A DNA stretch of 64,000 bases, from the NCBI RefSeq assembly GCF_046105845.1, contig NZ_CP151004.1. One strand, 5' to 3'. A model generated the notes under the pieces. It saw only the letters and a list, made by a program, of their open reading frames with translations, had not been told where the DNA came from and ran no database searches. The position numbers were made by a program, and so were the translations under genes. This stretch comes from Escherichia coli. Lineage in GTDB: Bacteria; Pseudomonadota; Gammaproteobacteria; Enterobacterales; Enterobacteriaceae. Below, in pieces: positions 11,228-24,184 of this stretch (the first letter of the stretch is position 1; each line of letters opens with the position of its first letter).

Positions 11228-12627
11228 ACTTCTCTCTGTAAATCCCGTTCCAGCGGTAACTCTACTGTAATGCTTACCCCGCCAAAAGGCGAATGGGTAG
11301 CAATAATGCGGCCATTATGTGCTTCAACAATGTTCAGGCAAATCGCCAGCCCCAGCCCGGAACCGCCGCTGGCACGGTTGCGGGAGCCTTCGGTGCGATA
11401 AAAACGTTCAAACAATTTTTGTAGTTGATCGTCACTGACACCCGGCGCGCTGTCGGCAAAGGTCAGGCGCACCGTTTTGTCGTGCTGCTCGGCAGAGATT
11501 TTCAGGCTGCCGCCGCTGTCAGTGTAGCGCAGGCTGTTTTCCAGTAAGTTATTGAATAACTGCATTAAACGGTCGCGATCGCCAAATACGGTAATACTGT
11601 CTGGCAGGGAAAATTGCAGTTTCAGGCCACGGCTGGCGAATCGTTCGCGAAATGCGCCGCCCGCCACTTCCAGCAGTGGGATCAAATCTACTGATGCTTT
11701 TTGATAGGCGAGAGCGCCTTCATCAGACATCGACAACTGATGAAGATCGTCAACCAGTTTGGTCAGTGTACCGACCTCCGCCTGTAAAGACGCCACCGTC
11801 TCCGGCGTGAATTTGCGCACGCCATCCTGAATGGCTTCCAGTTCACCGCGCAGCACCGCTAATGGCGTACGCAGTTCGTGAGAAATATCGGCCATAAAAT
11901 CGCGCCGCATTTGCTGGTTTTTCTCCAGCGTGCTGGCGAGCTGGTTGAAGTCCTGCGCCAGTTTGCCCAGTTCATCTTCACTGGTGGGCGTCACGCGGGT
12001 TGTGAAATCGCCCGCCGCCAGTTTGTGCGTGCCGTCCACCAGCCGTTTGACCGGGGCCAACAGACCACGCGCCAGCAGAAAGGTGGCGAGCGCCGCGAGT
12101 AACGTTGCCAGGGCGACAATCAGCCAGCTGGTTTGCCGCTGTTGTTTATCGAAATTGATATCAGTATTGCGGGTCAGTCGCTCAACAGGGGAGGCAATCA
12201 CCGCACCCACTTCCGCACCGTTGACCAGAATGGGTCGCCGTGTACCGTCAGGTGGAATCGGCGCTCGCGGACCAACCAGCACTTTGTTGTTTTGATCGAC
12301 CACCCAGAATTGAGTACGCCAGCCGTGCGGTGGCATACCCGGGCCGGGTTTATCTTCCGAATTATCGTGTTCAAATGAACGCAGGATCTGAAAGACAAAG
12401 CGATCATTGTTGCGCAGGAAGCGCCAGTTGCCATGCTGCGCATACTGCTCGCCAAGCGCATCACTTAACAGTTGTAATCGCTGTTCATTACCATGCTTGA
12501 TGTAATCAATAAAGCCACGCTCAAAACTGATACGCACCGCCCAGTGCATACTGATCAGCAAGACAATGCAGGTGGCGAAAATCGCCAGAAACAGTTTGCC
12601 AGTAATACCGGGTCGCCAGAACTTCAT
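11224..12627 (-). CDS. baeS: Envelope-stress sensor histidine kinase BaeS
   Basis: 467-aa ORF with two TM segments, HAMP, H-box (ISHELRTPL) and HATPase motifs; overlaps baeR start. Confidence 0.93.
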
Positions 12628-14039
12628 TGCGCGCTCCTTTTTCGCCGCGAAATAGCTACATTTTGATGCGTATCGTTCGGCACTCTGGCAAAGATGAACG
12701 CCGGAAGGGCGATGATAAACGCCATGCTAAGCCAGGTGTACATAAAGACGGTTTGTGTGGTGCCGCTGTCGACGCTGACATGCTGTGAACCAAAAAGTCC
12801 CAGCAACAGCCCGGCGATAGTGACACCGATACTCATCGACAATTGCATAATCATCGACAGCAGGCTGTTTCCGCTGCTCGCCAGATTGTCCGGGAGATCT
12901 TTCAGCGTCAGGGTGTTCATGGAGGAGAAACGCGTTGAGTTGACCATTCCTTGTAAAAACAGGACGAACGGCAAAACGTAGTACCAGCCCAGCAGGGCGG
13001 TAGTCATAAACAACAGGGTGACCAGCGACAGACCCAGCGTGGTCGCTACCAGTACCCGACGATAACCAAAGCGATTCACCACCTGTACCACAATTCGCTT
13101 CATTCCCATGCTGCCGAGTACCATCGGGATCATCATCAGTCCGGCATGAAACGGCGAGAAACCGAGGCCAATTTGCAGGAAAACCGGTGTCATAAAGGGC
13201 AACATGCCACTGCCAATACGTCCGGCAAAGCTCCCCGCCAGGCCCAGCGAAAAGGTACGAGTGCGGAACAGTTTCAGACTGAACAGGGCGCGGTTGTTAT
13301 TTCTGGCGTGCAGCAGATAAAGCACCAGTGCCACCACGCCAACTGCGACCAGGCCAGCAATCGCCAGCGGCGATAAACCTGTACCTTTACTGCCGTCCAG
13401 CGCCAGGGTTAATACCGCCATGCCAACCGCCAGCAATAAAAAGCCGGAGAGATCAAAGCGCCGCGTCTGCATGGTGTAGTTCGGCATTAACATCAGTGTG
13501 GCGATCGCACCGATAATCCCCACCGGAATGTTGATCAAAAAGATCCAGTGCCAGGAGGCGTACTCCACCAGCAGGCCGCCGAGCGCCGGACCGAGCAGCG
13601 GCCCGACCTGACCGGGTAACGTGACAAAGGTCATCGCCGCCATATATTGCTCGCGTGGTACGATTTTCATCACCGTCAACCTGCCGACCGGCACCATCAT
13701 CGCGCCGCCAACGCCCTGTAACGCGCGTGCCAGCAACAGTTCGTTCAGCGTGCCGGAAAGCGCGCAAAACAGTGAACCGAGAGTAAACAGCACGATGGCG
13801 GTAAAGAAAATATTGCGCACGCCGACTTTGTCCGCCAGCCAGCCGCTGGCGGGCAGCATCACCGCCACGGTCAGTACATAAGAGACAATGACCATGTGCA
13901 TATGCAACGGACTTTCCCCGAGGCTTTGCGCCATTGAGGGAAGCGCGGTGTTAACGATGGTGGTGTCCAGCGACTGCATAAAAAAGCCGAAAGCCACAAT
14001 CCACAATTGCCAGCGGGTGCTGTCGGGAAGATCTGTCAT
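12624..14039 (-). CDS. mdtD: MFS transporter MdtD
   Basis: 471-aa polytopic membrane ORF; operon position between mdtC and baeS. Confidence 0.9.
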   Translation of the reverse strand: MTDLPDSTRWQLWIVAFGFFMQSLDTTIVNTALPSMAQSLGESPLHMHMVIVSYVLTVAVMLPASGWLADKVGVRNIFFTAIVLFTLGSLFCALSGTLNELLLARALQGVGGAMMVPVGRLTVMKIVPREQYMAAMTFVTLPGQVGPLLGPALGGLLVEYASWHWIFLINIPVGIIGAIATLMLMPNYTMQTRRFDLSGFLLLAVGMAVLTLALDGSKGTGLSPLAIAGLVAVGVVALVLYLLHARNNNRALFSLKLFRTRTFSLGLAGSFAGRIGSGMLPFMTPVFLQIGLGFSPFHAGLMMIPMVLGSMGMKRIVVQVVNRFGYRRVLVATTLGLSLVTLLFMTTALLGWYYVLPFVLFLQGMVNSTRFSSMNTLTLKDLPDNLASSGNSLLSMIMQLSMSIGVTIAGLLLGLFGSQHVSVDSGTTQTVFMYTWLSMAFIIALPAFIFARVPNDTHQNVAISRRKRSAQ

Positions 14040-17000
14040 TTACTCGGTTACCGCTTGTTTAGGTTTACGCGAAAAACGCAGCCGCAGACGGTCGAAAAAG
14101 AGATACACCACCGGAGTGGTATACAGCGTCAGAAGCTGGCTCATTACCAGACCGCCGACAATGGTGATCCCCAATGGTTGCCGCAGCTCCGAGCCGTCAC
14201 CGCCCGACAATACCAGCGGCAGCGCGCCAAACAGCGCCGCCAGGGTAGTCATCATAATCGGGCGAAAACGCAGCAGGCAGGCCTGGAAAATAGCTTCCTG
14301 CGGCGTCAGGTTACCGTGCCGTTGAGCTTCAAGCGCAAAATCGACCATCATAATGGCGTTTTTCTTCACGATGCCGATTAATAGCATGATCCCTATCAGG
14401 GCGATTAGGCTGAACGGGGCATTGAACAGCTCCAGCGCCAACAGCGCTCCAACGCCCGCCGAGGGCAGGGTGGAGAGAATCGTCAGCGGATGTACGTAAC
14501 TCTCGTAAAGGATACCCAGCACGATATACACCGTGGCGATGGCGGCGATAATCAGGATCACCTGCGAGTTCATCGTCTCCTGGAACACCTGCGCCGTGCC
14601 GGCAAAACTGCCGCGCACCGTCGAAGGCACACCAAGCTGGGTCATTGCGCGATCGATCGCCGTACTGGCGTCCGAGAGCGATTTCCCGGTCGGCAGGTTA
14701 AACGAAATGGTCGATGCCGCCGATAATCCCTGATGATTCACCGACAGCGGAGCATTCGCCGGTTGCCATTTAGCGAAATACGACAGCGGGATCGCTTTTC
14801 CTTCGTTATTGATAACGAACATTTTTTCCAGCGCGCTGATGTCCTGGGTATAGCGCGGATCCACTTCCATCACCACTTTGTACTGGTTCATCGGCTGGTA
14901 AATGGTCGAGATTTGCCGCTGACCGAAGGCGTTATTTAACAGGCTGTTGGCGGCCTGCACGTCGATTCCCAGCCGCGCCATGGTGTCGCGGTCGTAAACC
15001 AGATTCATCTCCGCGCCGTTATCCTGCTGATCGGAGTTCACGTCCGCCAGCTCTGGCAATGTCGCCAGTTTTTTGCTGATTTTCGGCTCCCATTCGCGCA
15101 GTGCCGCCAGGTCGTCGGATAGCAACGTGTACTGATAGCTGGCGTTCGACTGACGTCCGCCAACGCGAATATCCTGTACCGCCATCAGGAACAGATTCGC
15201 CCCCGGTTCTTTCGCCAGTTTTACGCGCAGACGGTCGATAATTTGCTGCGCCGTTTCGCTGCGTTCGTCGCGTGGCTTGAGGGTGATAAACATCATCCCA
15301 CTGTTCACCCGCGAACCGCCGGTAAATCCGGTGACATTATCCACCGCCGGATCGTCACGGATAATTTTCATGAAATCCTGCAACTTACCGCGCATTGCCT
15401 GAAACGAAATACTCTGATCCGCCTGTATCCCGCCCATCAACACGCCGGTGTCCTGCTCCGGGAAGAAGGTTTTCGGGATCGAGATATATAGCCAGATATT
15501 CAGCGCAATGGTGCCAAGCAGCACCACGCCCACCAGACGGGTATGATTGAGCACCCATTTCAGCGACTTGCCATAGCCTTGTTGCAGGGCTACCAACATG
15601 CGACCAAAACCACGCAGTCGCTTTTGCTCGCGCGGCTTGCTGGCTTTCAGCATCCAGCCACACATCATCGGCGTTAGCGTCAGGGAAACCAGCAACGAAA
15701 TACCAATGGCGACAGAAAGCGTCACGGCAAACTCGCGTAACAGTCGGCCCGGCAATCCGCCCATCAACAGCAGCGGCAGGAACACCGCCACCAGTGACAG
15801 ACTCATCGACAGCACCGTAAAACCGACTTCGCGAGTACCTTGCAGTGCGGCTTGCAACGGTTTCATTCCCGCTTCCAGATGACGTGCAATGTTTTCCAGC
15901 ACCACGATGGCGTCATCCACCACGAAACCAGTAGCAATGGTGAGCGCCATTAACGAAAGATTATTGAGACTGAAACCGCACAGGTACATCGCCGCAAACG
16001 TACCAATCAGCGAAACCGGCACCGCAACGGCGGGAATAATAGTGGCGCGACCCGAGCGCAGGAATAAAAAGACCACCAGAATGACCAGCGCCACCGAGAT
16101 AATCAGCGTTTGCTCGACTTCCTCCAGCGAGGCGCGAATAGTGGGGGAGCGATCCTGGGCAATTTGCAGATCAATCGCCGCCGGAATGGTCTCCTGCAAC
16201 TCCGGTAATTTTGCCCGGATGCTGTCAACCGTCTGGATAATATTGGCTTCCGGCAGCTTGCGGATCATCAGCAAAATAGCCGGTTTGGCATTGGTCATCC
16301 CGGCGTTACGTACATCCTGTACAGAGTCGGTCACCGTCGCCACATCGCCCAGACGAACCGCGCCGCCGTTGTTGTAATGAATAATCAACGGCTGATATTC
16401 AGCGGCTGTTTTCAGTTCATCGTTGGTCTGGATCTGCCAGCGGTGAGTGCCATCTTCCAGCGCGCCCTGCGGTTTACGCACGTTGGCATTGCTGATGGCG
16501 GTGCGTACGTCGTCCAGCGACACGCCCTGATTAAACAGCGCCTGCGGATTCAGCCCGACGCGTACGGCGGGCAGTGAGCTGCCGCCGACATCGACATCAC
16601 CAACACCGTCGATTTGCGAAATCGTCGGAGCCAGCTGCGTCGAGGCGAAATCGTACAGTTCACCCTGCGAATAAGTATCGGACGTCAGCGTGAGGATCAT
16701 AATTGGCGCATCCGACGGGTTCGCTTTGCGATAGGTCGGACGGCTGGGCATCCCACTGGGCAGCAAACTTTGTGCAGCGTTGATCGCCGCCTGCACATCA
16801 CGCGCTGCGCCGTTGATATCCCGGTCAAAATCAAACTGCAAAATAATGCGCGTGCTGCCGAGCGAACTGCTGGAGGTCATTTCACTAACCCCGGCAATGC
16901 GCCCAAGTGAGCGCTCCAGCGGTGTGGCAACGGAAGACGCCATTGTTTCTGGTGACGCACCGGGCAGCGAGGCGCTGACCATAATCACCGGAAAATCGAC

Positions 17001-17117
17001 CTGCGGCAGTGGGGCGACCGGCAGCATACGGAAGCCCAGTATGCCGCACAGGGTAATGGCGACCGACAGTAAAATCGTCGCCACCGGGCGGTAAATGAAG
17101 AGGGCAAAAAACTTCAC
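14040..17117 (-). CDS. mdtC: RND multidrug efflux pump subunit MdtC
   Basis: 1025-aa RND-family ORF. Confidence 0.93.
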   Translation of the reverse strand: MKFFALFIYRPVATILLSVAITLCGILGFRMLPVAPLPQVDFPVIMVSASLPGASPETMASSVATPLERSLGRIAGVSEMTSSSSLGSTRIILQFDFDRDINGAARDVQAAINAAQSLLPSGMPSRPTYRKANPSDAPIMILTLTSDTYSQGELYDFASTQLAPTISQIDGVGDVDVGGSSLPAVRVGLNPQALFNQGVSLDDVRTAISNANVRKPQGALEDGTHRWQIQTNDELKTAAEYQPLIIHYNNGGAVRLGDVATVTDSVQDVRNAGMTNAKPAILLMIRKLPEANIIQTVDSIRAKLPELQETIPAAIDLQIAQDRSPTIRASLEEVEQTLIISVALVILVVFLFLRSGRATIIPAVAVPVSLIGTFAAMYLCGFSLNNLSLMALTIATGFVVDDAIVVLENIARHLEAGMKPLQAALQGTREVGFTVLSMSLSLVAVFLPLLLMGGLPGRLLREFAVTLSVAIGISLLVSLTLTPMMCGWMLKASKPREQKRLRGFGRMLVALQQGYGKSLKWVLNHTRLVGVVLLGTIALNIWLYISIPKTFFPEQDTGVLMGGIQADQSISFQAMRGKLQDFMKIIRDDPAVDNVTGFTGGSRVNSGMMFITLKPRDERSETAQQIIDRLRVKLAKEPGANLFLMAVQDIRVGGRQSNASYQYTLLSDDLAALREWEPKISKKLATLPELADVNSDQQDNGAEMNLVYDRDTMARLGIDVQAANSLLNNAFGQRQISTIYQPMNQYKVVMEVDPRYTQDISALEKMFVINNEGKAIPLSYFAKWQPANAPLSVNHQGLSAASTISFNLPTGKSLSDASTAIDRAMTQLGVPSTVRGSFAGTAQVFQETMNSQVILIIAAIATVYIVLGILYESYVHPLTILSTLPSAGVGALLALELFNAPFSLIALIGIMLLIGIVKKNAIMMVDFALEAQRHGNLTPQEAIFQACLLRFRPIMMTTLAALFGALPLVLSGGDGSELRQPLGITIVGGLVMSQLLTLYTTPVVYLFFDRLRLRFSRKPKQAVTE

Positions 17118-20100
17118 TTACGCCTCCTCTTCATGACGGGCAAAGCGACTTTTGGTCCACAATGCCAGGCGGTCGAACAGCAGATAAATCACCGGCGTGG
17201 TGAACAGCGTCAGCACCTGGCTGACAATCAGACCGCCGACCATGCCGATACCTAACGGACGACGCAGTTCCGCGCCGACCCCGGTACTCAACATCAGCGG
17301 CAGCGCGCCAAGCAGAGCCGCCAGAGTGGTCATCAGGATCGGCCGAAAACGCAACAGACAAGCCTGGTAGATGGCATCGCGCGGCGACATGCCTTGCTCG
17401 CGCTCAGCAGCCAGCGCGAAGTCGATCATCATGATGGCGTTCTTCTTCACGATACCGATCAGCAAAATAATGCCGATAATTGCAATCACATCCAGTTCGC
17501 TACCAGCAATCATTAACGCCAGCAGTGCGCCAACACCTGCGGTGGGTAGCGTCGAGAGAATGGTGATCGGGTGAATAAAGCTCTCGTACAGAATGCCGAG
17601 CACGATATACATCGCCACCACCGCCGCGACAATCAGCCAGACAGTGCTGCCTAGCGCCGACTGGAAGGCGAGGGTGCTGCCCTGGAATTGCGTGGTGATA
17701 TCCACCGGCAGATTCAGCGTCTTTTCGGTGTCCATAATCGCCTGCACCGCATCGCCCAGCGAATAGTTATCCGGCACGTTAAAGGAGATAGTCGTTACCG
17801 GGAACTGATCCAGATGGTTGATGGAGAGCGGCGCAAAACGCTGCTCAATTTTGGCAATTGAGCTTAGCGGCACCACGCCGCCGTCGCTGCTGGTCAGGCG
17901 AATGGTATCCAGCGCCGCGAGGCCTGGGGTATTTTCGGTGTTGTGTTCCAGCACCACGCGATACTGGTTAGCCTGAGTATAAATAGTGGAAATCAGCCGC
18001 TGACCAAACGCGTTGTACAGGGCGTTATCGACGTCCGCCATGCTGATCCCCAGACGGCTGGCGCTGTCGCGATCAACATTGACATACGCCACCAGCCCTT
18101 TGTCCTGCCAGTCGCTGGAGACATCAGATAGCTGTGGCAACTGCTGGAGTTTTTCCATCAACTGTGGCACCCAGGTACTGAGCGCATCCAGTGACGTGGC
18201 CTGCAAGGTAAACTGGTACTGGGTGCGGCTGACCTGAGTATCGATGGTCAGGTCCTGCGTTGGTTGCAGGAAGAGATCGACGCCCGGCACTTTATCCACC
18301 GCCGTTTGCAGACGGGCGATGACTTTTTGCACCCGATCATCACGTTCATCCAACGGTTTGAGGTTGATCTGCAAACGCGCACTGTTCAGCGACGGGTTAG
18401 TGCCATCAACGCCAACAAATGAGGTCAGACTTTGCACTGCCGGATCCTGCAAAATCACATCCGCGACCTGGCGTTGCCGCTGGGCCATATTGGTAAAGGA
18501 GCTGGATTGCGGTGCCTGCAAAGTGCCCTGAATAATGCCGTTGTCCTGTACCGGGAAGAAACCTTTCGGAATGAACACCCACAACAGCACGCTAAGCAGC
18601 AGCGTGCTGAGCGCCACGCTTAAGGTCAGCCACGGATGATTCAGCACTTTCGCCAGTCCACGACCATAGGCGGCGATTATCCTGTCGAACATTTTCTCCG
18701 AGGCTCGGGAGAAGCGATTCTGTTTACGCAGCGACTCCTGGCTGAGCATCCGCGCGCACATCATCGGCGTCAGAGTCAGCGACACCACGGCTGAGATCAA
18801 AATCGCGACTGCCAGAGTAATAGCAAATTCGCGGAACAGTCGCCCGACGATATCGCCCATAAATAGCAGTGGGATCAACACTGCAATCAGTGAGAAGGTC
18901 AGCGAGATAATGGTAAAGCCGATTTCACCCGCGCCCTTGAGCGCCGCCGCCAACGGTTTTTCGCCTTTTTCGATATAGCGGGAAATGTTTTCGATTACCA
19001 CGATGGCGTCATCGACCACGAATCCGGTGGCGATAGTTAACGCCATCAGCGTCAGGTTATTGATTGAAAAATCGAGAAACACCATAACCGCAAAGGTGCC
19101 AATTAACGACAGCGGCACTGCGACGCCAGGAATGATGGTCGCCGGAATATTGCGCAAAAACAGGTAGATAATCATGACTACCAGCGCGATAGCCATCATC
19201 AGTTCAAACTGGGTATCGTCGACCGATGCGCGGATGTTGGTGGTGCGGTCAGAAAGCACCGTCACTTTTACCGATTTCGGCAAACTCTCGGTGAGTTGTG
19301 GCAGCATCTGCCGGATGCTGTCGGCGGTGGAGATAATGTTAGCACCGGGCTGGCGCTGAACATTCATCACAATGGCCTGTTCTTTGTTCGCCCACGCGCC
19401 GAGCCAGCTGTTTTCTGCTCCTTGCTCTACGGTTGCGACATCGCCCAGACGAATCGGCGCGCCGTTCTGGTAGGCGATGATCAGCTGGCGATACTCTTCG
19501 GCGGATTGCATCTGGTCGTTCGCGGAAAGTGTGACCGCACGGGAAGGGCCGTCGAGGCTACCTTTTGCCGAGTTAACGTTAGCGCCGGTAATAGCGGTGC
19601 GCACGGTTTCGCTGGTCAGGCCGAGGGCGGCAATCGCCTGGGCGTTAAGTTTGACGCGAACAGCCGGACGCTGGCCGCCGGAAAGCGTCACCAGGCCGAC
19701 GCCGGAAATCTGCGAGATTTTTTGCGCGACGCGGGTTTCCACCATATCTTCCACCTGGGTCATCGGCATGGCGGTTGAGGTGACAGCGAGCGTCATGATT
19801 GGCGGATCTGCCGGGTTCACTTTGCTGTAAACCGGCGGGTTAGGCAGATCGCTCGGTAGCAGGTTGGTCGCAGCGTTAATCGCGGCCTGCACTTCCTGCT
19901 CGGCGACATCCAGCGGTAATGTTAGCTGGAACTGCAAAGTGATAACTGACGCACCGCCGGAACTTTGCGACGACATCTGTTTCAGGCCAGACATCTGCCC
20001 AAACTGGCGTTCAAGCGGCGCGGTAACGGCAGAGGTCATGACATCCGGGCTCGCACCTGGGTAGAGCGTGACTACCTGAATGGTCGGATAGTCCACTTCC

Positions 20101-20240
20101 GGCAGCGCCGAAACGGGCAGGGCACGATAACCGATAATCCCGGCGAGTAAGATCGCCACCATCAGCAGCGTGGTGGCGACAGGACGCATAATAAACAGGC
20201 GCGATGGGCCGCCTGTGATGCTCGGGGGTAACACCTGCAT
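17118..20240 (-). CDS. mdtB: RND multidrug efflux pump subunit MdtB
   Basis: 1040-aa RND-family ORF immediately upstream of mdtC. Confidence 0.93.
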   Translation of the reverse strand: MQVLPPSITGGPSRLFIMRPVATTLLMVAILLAGIIGYRALPVSALPEVDYPTIQVVTLYPGASPDVMTSAVTAPLERQFGQMSGLKQMSSQSSGGASVITLQFQLTLPLDVAEQEVQAAINAATNLLPSDLPNPPVYSKVNPADPPIMTLAVTSTAMPMTQVEDMVETRVAQKISQISGVGLVTLSGGQRPAVRVKLNAQAIAALGLTSETVRTAITGANVNSAKGSLDGPSRAVTLSANDQMQSAEEYRQLIIAYQNGAPIRLGDVATVEQGAENSWLGAWANKEQAIVMNVQRQPGANIISTADSIRQMLPQLTESLPKSVKVTVLSDRTTNIRASVDDTQFELMMAIALVVMIIYLFLRNIPATIIPGVAVPLSLIGTFAVMVFLDFSINNLTLMALTIATGFVVDDAIVVIENISRYIEKGEKPLAAALKGAGEIGFTIISLTFSLIAVLIPLLFMGDIVGRLFREFAITLAVAILISAVVSLTLTPMMCARMLSQESLRKQNRFSRASEKMFDRIIAAYGRGLAKVLNHPWLTLSVALSTLLLSVLLWVFIPKGFFPVQDNGIIQGTLQAPQSSSFTNMAQRQRQVADVILQDPAVQSLTSFVGVDGTNPSLNSARLQINLKPLDERDDRVQKVIARLQTAVDKVPGVDLFLQPTQDLTIDTQVSRTQYQFTLQATSLDALSTWVPQLMEKLQQLPQLSDVSSDWQDKGLVAYVNVDRDSASRLGISMADVDNALYNAFGQRLISTIYTQANQYRVVLEHNTENTPGLAALDTIRLTSSDGGVVPLSSIAKIEQRFAPLSINHLDQFPVTTISFNVPDNYSLGDAVQAIMDTEKTLNLPVDITTQFQGSTLAFQSALGSTVWLIVAAVVAMYIVLGILYESFIHPITILSTLPTAGVGALLALMIAGSELDVIAIIGIILLIGIVKKNAIMMIDFALAAEREQGMSPRDAIYQACLLRFRPILMTTLAALLGALPLMLSTGVGAELRRPLGIGMVGGLIVSQVLTLFTTPVIYLLFDRLALWTKSRFARHEEEA

Positions 20241-21487
20241 CAGGAGCGTGCTCCTTTTTTCGCGTATTCGCGGCTGGTGGCTTTCTCTTCCGGAGTGGTG
20301 GCGCTCTGGGCTTCCACTACTTCCACTTTCGCCCCTTCGGTCAGGCGATCAATGCCGTCTGTCACTACGCGGTCGCCCGCAGAAATACCTGCGCGGATCA
20401 CTACTTTCTGACTGTCCTGAATGCCCGGCGTCACCAGATGTTTGCTGACCTTGTTTTCGCTATTCAGCACCCAGACAAAATGGCCTTCGTTGCCCATTTG
20501 CAGAGCGGCGGTGGGGATCACCACGGCGTTTTGTTCGGTGTCGACTAACATACGCGCGTTAACAAACTGATTGGGAAACAGCGCATCATCCTGATTATTA
20601 AAGCGTGCTTTCACTTTAATCGTACCGGTAGTGGCATCGATTTGGTTATCGAGGCTTAACAGCGTGCCTTCACTTAATTTCTTCGAGTTGGTGCGATCCC
20701 AGGCTTCTACCACCAGCGGTTTTCCGGTTTTTTGCGCCTGTACTACGGTAGCGATATCGCTTTCCGGCAGGGTAAAGAGCAAATCGATAGGATGCGTCTG
20801 GGTGATCACCACAATCCCGGTGGTATCACCACTGGAGATTTGGTTACCAACATCAACCTGCTTGAGACCAACGCGACCATCGACTGGCGCGGTGATGCGG
20901 CTCCAGTCGAGTTGCAGCTGTGCGCTGGCGACGCTTGCTTCATCAGCCTTAATGGTGCCTTCGGTTTCACTGACCAGCGCCTGTTGGGCATCCAGTTCCT
21001 GACGAGATACGAGATTGGTTTTTACCAGTTGTTGATAACGCGCCAGGTCACGGCGGGCGTTGGCAAGCGTGGCTTTATCTTTTGCCAGTTGGCCCTGGGC
21101 TTGTGCTAATGCAACTTTGAACTGGCTTGGGTCAATTTCTGCCAGTAAATCGCCTGCTTTGACCTGCTGGCCTTCCTGGAAATGTAACGCCATCAGTTGA
21201 CCGTCCACGCGGCTGCGCACCGTAACGGTATTAGCGGCGGTAATGGTGCCAAGCCCGGTGAGATAACGTGGCACAGCTTGTTCTACGGCAGTCGCCGCCT
21301 GAACCGGGGCTAATGGACCGGAACGCATACCACGGCGACCACCCGCTGGCGATTGCTGCGCTTGTTTCGTCGCCCCTGGGGCTGCACTCTGGGAGTCATT
21401 GCGGCCTTGCCAGAACCAGAATGCGGCGATGGCGGCGATAACCACCACGATTACGATTACCCAACGGGATTTATAACTGCCTTTCAT
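20240..21487 (-). CDS. mdtA: RND efflux membrane fusion (periplasmic adaptor) protein MdtA
   Basis: ORF track extends to 21634, but the likely start is the ATG at 21487 ([16 protein letters not shown]..., 415 aa) with a signal/TM segment; the stop overlaps the mdtB start. Confidence 0.88.
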   Translation of the reverse strand: MKGSYKSRWVIVIVVVIAAIAAFWFWQGRNDSQSAAPGATKQAQQSPAGGRRGMRSGPLAPVQAATAVEQAVPRYLTGLGTITAANTVTVRSRVDGQLMALHFQEGQQVKAGDLLAEIDPSQFKVALAQAQGQLAKDKATLANARRDLARYQQLVKTNLVSRQELDAQQALVSETEGTIKADEASVASAQLQLDWSRITAPVDGRVGLKQVDVGNQISSGDTTGIVVITQTHPIDLLFTLPESDIATVVQAQKTGKPLVVEAWDRTNSKKLSEGTLLSLDNQIDATTGTIKVKARFNNQDDALFPNQFVNARMLVDTEQNAVVIPTAALQMGNEGHFVWVLNSENKVSKHLVTPGIQDSQKVVIRAGISAGDRVVTDGIDRLTEGAKVEVVEAQSATTPEEKATSREYAKKGARS

Positions 21488-21540
21488 CGTTAAGAGTTTC
21501 TCTTCCTGAAACGTTTCGCGGAATGATACTAGTGTAGCCA

Positions 21541-21558
21541 GCCAATAAGGGAGAAAAA
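21541..21558 (-). promoter_or_regulatory. BaeR box upstream of mdtA (TTTTTCTCCCTTATTGGC on the minus strand)
   Basis: Seen in sequence; matches the published BaeR consensus TTTTTCTCCATDATTGGC at 16-17 of 18 positions and overlaps a putative -35 for mdtA. Confidence 0.7.
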
Positions 21559-21719
21559 TGGAGGAATTATGAAACACTGTCGGGAATCGTCTGAATGACG
21601 GGCACATTTGCGAGCACGCATCCAGTAATAACACATGAAACTATTTTATCTACGCGTTAGCGATAGACTACGTGCATGGCGAAAGGAGGTAAGCCGATGA
21701 TTTCAGCGGGACGCTGAAA

Positions 21720-21859
21720 CGGGAAAGCCCCTCCCGAGGAAGGGGCCATAAATAAGGAAAGGGTCATGATGAAGCTACTCATCATCGTGGTGCTCTTAGT
21801 CATTAGCTGGCCAGCTTACTAAGACTACCAGGGCGGGGGAAACCCCGCTCTACCCTCAC
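21720..21859 (-). ncRNA. Sib-family antisense sRNA (antitoxin) copy 1, approximate boundaries
   Basis: Minus-strand promoter: -35 TTGACA (rc of 21888-21893), 17-bp spacer, -10 TACTTT (rc of 21865-21870). Minus-strand terminator hairpin (rc of 21727-21746) plus U-rich tract. Fully overlaps the ibs ORF in antisense. Confidence 0.6.
21766..21822 (+). CDS. Ibs-family type I toxin peptide, copy 1 (MMKLLIIVVLLVISWPAY)
   Basis: 18-codon ORF with strong SD (aaggaaaggg) 6 nt upstream; hydrophobic single-TM peptide characteristic of Ibs toxins. The ibsA/ibsB/extra-copy assignment is uncertain. Confidence 0.8.
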   Translation: MMKLLIIVVLLVISWPAY

Positions 21860-22047
21860 TCCTGAAAGTATGCCTTCACGATAAGATTGTCAATCTGCAG
21901 GCTTTGCAGTCTGCGATCCTGCCAGCAAATATTCTTTGCGAGACGTTACGCAATAATCACACTGGAAACTATTTTATCCGCAAGTCAGCGATAGACTGCA
22001 TTCAGGGCGAAAGGAGGTAAGCCGACGATTTCAGCGGGACGCTGAAA

Positions 22048-22187
22048 CGGGAAAGCCCCTCCCGAGGAAGGGGCCTTAAATAAGGAAAGGGTCATGATGA
22101 AGATACTCATCATCGTGGTGCTCTTAGTGATTAGCTACCCAGCATACTAAGACTACCAGGGCGGGGGAAACCCCGCTCTACCCTCAC
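22048..22187 (-). ncRNA. Sib-family antisense sRNA (antitoxin) copy 2, approximate boundaries
   Basis: Same promoter (TTGACA-17-TAATTT) and terminator architecture as copy 1, shifted by one repeat unit. Confidence 0.55.
22094..22150 (+). CDS. Ibs-family type I toxin peptide, copy 2 (MMKILIIVVLLVISYPAY)
   Basis: Same architecture as copy 1 in the second repeat unit. Confidence 0.8.
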   Translation: MMKILIIVVLLVISYPAY

Positions 22188-22376
22188 TCCTGAAATTATG
22201 CCTTCACGATAAGATTGTCAATCCGCAGGCTTTGCAGTCTGCGATCCTGCCAGCAAATATTCTTTGCGAGTCGTTACGCAATAATCACAGAGGAAACTAT
22301 TTTATTCACGCGTTAGCGATAGACTGCATTCAGGGCGAAAGGAGGTAAGCCGACGATTTCAGCGGGACGCTGAAAC

Positions 22377-22520
22377 GGGAAACCCTCTCCCGGAGAAGAG
22401 GGCTTTTAATAAGGAAAGGGTTATGATGAAGCACGTCATCATACTGGTGATACTCTTAGTGATTAGCTTCCAGGCTTACTAAGAACACCAGGGGGAGGGG
22501 GAAACCTCTCCCTAACCCTC
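22377..22520 (-). ncRNA. Sib-family antisense sRNA (antitoxin) copy 3, approximate boundaries
   Basis: Minus-strand TTGACA (rc of 22551-22556), 17-bp spacer, TAATTT; terminator-like hairpin near 22385-22405. Confidence 0.55.
22423..22482 (+). CDS. Ibs-family type I toxin peptide, copy 3 (MMKHVIILVILLVISFQAY)
   Basis: 19-codon ORF in the third repeat unit with SD aaggaaaggg. Confidence 0.8.
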   Translation: MMKHVIILVILLVISFQAY

Positions 22521-22702
22521 ACTCCTGAAATTATGTCACTCCGCCCTTAGTGTCAATCGACGGCTCTCCGTTCTTGCGAGGCGAATAGCAAAATTTTCTG
22601 CGCCGCCGGGCCTAATTCTGAAAGTTTCTTCGTTTGCTCTTATTTCATTATTGCAATCGGTATGATACCGGACCTCGATAATTCTCTAAGAAAGGATTTC
22701 TT

Positions 22703-23362
22703 ATGAGCGAACAAATCACGTTTGCCACCAGCGATTTTGCCAGTAACCCGGAACCACGTTGCCCCTGCATTTTGCTGTTGGATGTTTCTGGTTCGATGAG
22801 TGGTAGACCTATTAATGAACTTAACGCCGGATTGGTTACCTTTCGCGATGAACTGCTTGCCGATTCGCTGGCCTTAAAAAGAGTGGAACTCGGCATTGTG
22901 ACGTTCGGCCCGGTGCATGTGGAACAACCCTTTACCAGCGCCGCTAATTTTTTCCCGCCCATCCTGTTTGCCCAGGGCGATACACCAATGGGCGCTGCCA
23001 TTACCAAAGCCCTGGATATGGTTGAGGAGCGCAAACGTGAGTATCGTGCAAATGGTATTTCCTATTATCGCCCGTGGATTTTCCTGATCACCGATGGCGC
23101 TCCAACCGATGAGTGGCAGGCTGCCGCCAACAAAGTGTTTCAGGGGGAAGAAGATAAGAAGTTTGCCTTCTTTACCATTGGTGTACAGGGGGCGGATATG
23201 AAGACGCTGGCACAAATCAGCGTTCGTCAGCCTTTGCCACTGCAGGGATTACAATTCCGTGAACTGTTTAGCTGGTTATCCAGTTCGCTGCGTTCGGTTT
23301 CCCGCTCCACGCCGGGAACGGAAGTTGTGCTGGAAGCGCCAAAAGGCTGGACGTCAGTGTGA
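22703..23362 (+). CDS. yegL: von Willebrand factor A (vWA) domain protein with MIDAS motif
   Basis: 219-aa ORF; MIDAS DxSxS motif visible ([11 protein letters not shown]); stop overlaps the yegK start. Confidence 0.88.
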   Translation: MSEQITFATSDFASNPEPRCPCILLLDVSGSMSGRPINELNAGLVTFRDELLADSLALKRVELGIVTFGPVHVEQPFTSAANFFPPILFAQGDTPMGAAITKALDMVEERKREYRANGISYYRPWIFLITDGAPTDEWQAAANKVFQGEEDKKFAFFTIGVQGADMKTLAQISVRQPLPLQGLQFRELFSWLSSSLRSVSRSTPGTEVVLEAPKGWTSV

Positions 23363-24120
23363 GCTGGCGTCTGGTCTATGCATCAGCTGTTGGAACGTCG
23401 CACATCAGCGCGGACTTGCCTTGCCAGGATGCCTGCCAGATGCAGGTTGCCTGGCTAAATGACCAGCAGCCATTATTGACGGTATTTGTCGCTGATGGCG
23501 CAGGCAGTGTCTCGCAGGGTGGCGAAGGCGCGATGCTCGCCGTCAATGAAGCGATGGCTTATATGTCGCAAAAAGTGCAGGGTGGGGAATTGGGGCTTAA
23601 TGATGTCCTCGCCACGGATATTGTGCTGACTATTCGTCAGCGACTTTTTGCCGAGGCAGAGGCCAAAGAATTAGCGGTTCGCGATTTTGCCTGCACATTT
23701 CTGGGACTGATTTCATCGCCTGACGGCACCTTGATTATGCAGATTGGCGATGGCGGCATGGTGGTAGATTTGGGTCACGGTCTGCAATTGCCTCTCACGC
23801 CGATGGTGGGTGAATATGCCAATATGACGCACTTCATTACCGACGAAGATGCCGTTTCCAGACTGGAAACTTTCACCAGCACTGGGCGTGCGCACAAAGT
23901 TGCAGCATTTACGGATGGTATCCAGCGACTGGCGTTAAATATGCTGGATAATTCTCCTTATGTGCCTTTCTTTACCCCGTTTTTCAATGGACTGGCGTCA
24001 GCAACGCAGGAACAATTCGATTTATTACCTGAATTGTTAAAGCAGTTTTTGTCCAGCCCGGCGGTAAACGAGCGTACGGATGATGATAAAACGTTGGCAC
24101 TGGCGCTGTGGGCAGAGTGA
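23359..24120 (+). CDS. yegK: PP2C-like Ser/Thr protein phosphatase
   Basis: 253-aa ORF with PP2C-like Asp/Gly-rich motifs ([17 protein letters not shown]); translationally coupled to yegL. Confidence 0.85.
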   Translation: MSWRLVYASAVGTSHISADLPCQDACQMQVAWLNDQQPLLTVFVADGAGSVSQGGEGAMLAVNEAMAYMSQKVQGGELGLNDVLATDIVLTIRQRLFAEAEAKELAVRDFACTFLGLISSPDGTLIMQIGDGGMVVDLGHGLQLPLTPMVGEYANMTHFITDEDAVSRLETFTSTGRAHKVAAFTDGIQRLALNMLDNSPYVPFFTPFFNGLASATQEQFDLLPELLKQFLSSPAVNERTDDDKTLALALWAE

Positions 24121-24129
24121 GTTTCTCAT

Positions 24130-24157
24130 GGCGGTTGAAGACAACAATTCAACCGCC
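24130..24157. terminator. Perfect 10-bp stem-loop (ggcggttgaa/ttcaaccgcc) between convergent yegK and yegJ; probable bidirectional terminator
   Basis: Seen in sequence; 8-nt loop, T/A-rich flanks. Confidence 0.5.
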
Positions 24158-24184
24158 AGTTTAAACAATAAATATAACGGCTGA

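Larger units (their letters stand above)
21640..22600. repeat. Three tandem ~328-bp direct repeats, each carrying one ibs toxin ORF (+ strand) and an antisense Sib sRNA gene (- strand)
   Basis: Seen in sequence: ibs ATGs at 21766, 22094 and 22423 (period 328-329 bp); flanking sequence is near-identical between units, including the hairpin tttcagcgggacgctgaaa and the GC-rich hairpin cccctcccgaggaagggg. Confidence 0.9.

Noticed and set aside
21488-21634. N-terminal extension of the mdtA ORF (464-aa version)
   Set aside because: The extension would read through the BaeR box and promoter region; the start at 21487 gives the expected signal-anchored adaptor protein.
21640-22600. Possible CRISPR array suggested by regularly spaced direct repeats
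   Set aside because: Repeat period is ~328 bp with near-identical full units rather than 28-37-bp repeats with unique spacers, and each unit encodes an ibs/sib pair; no cas genes nearby.
22874-23215. 113-aa ORF on the - strand
   Set aside because: Antisense to yegL, which has a clear vWA MIDAS motif; shadow ORF.
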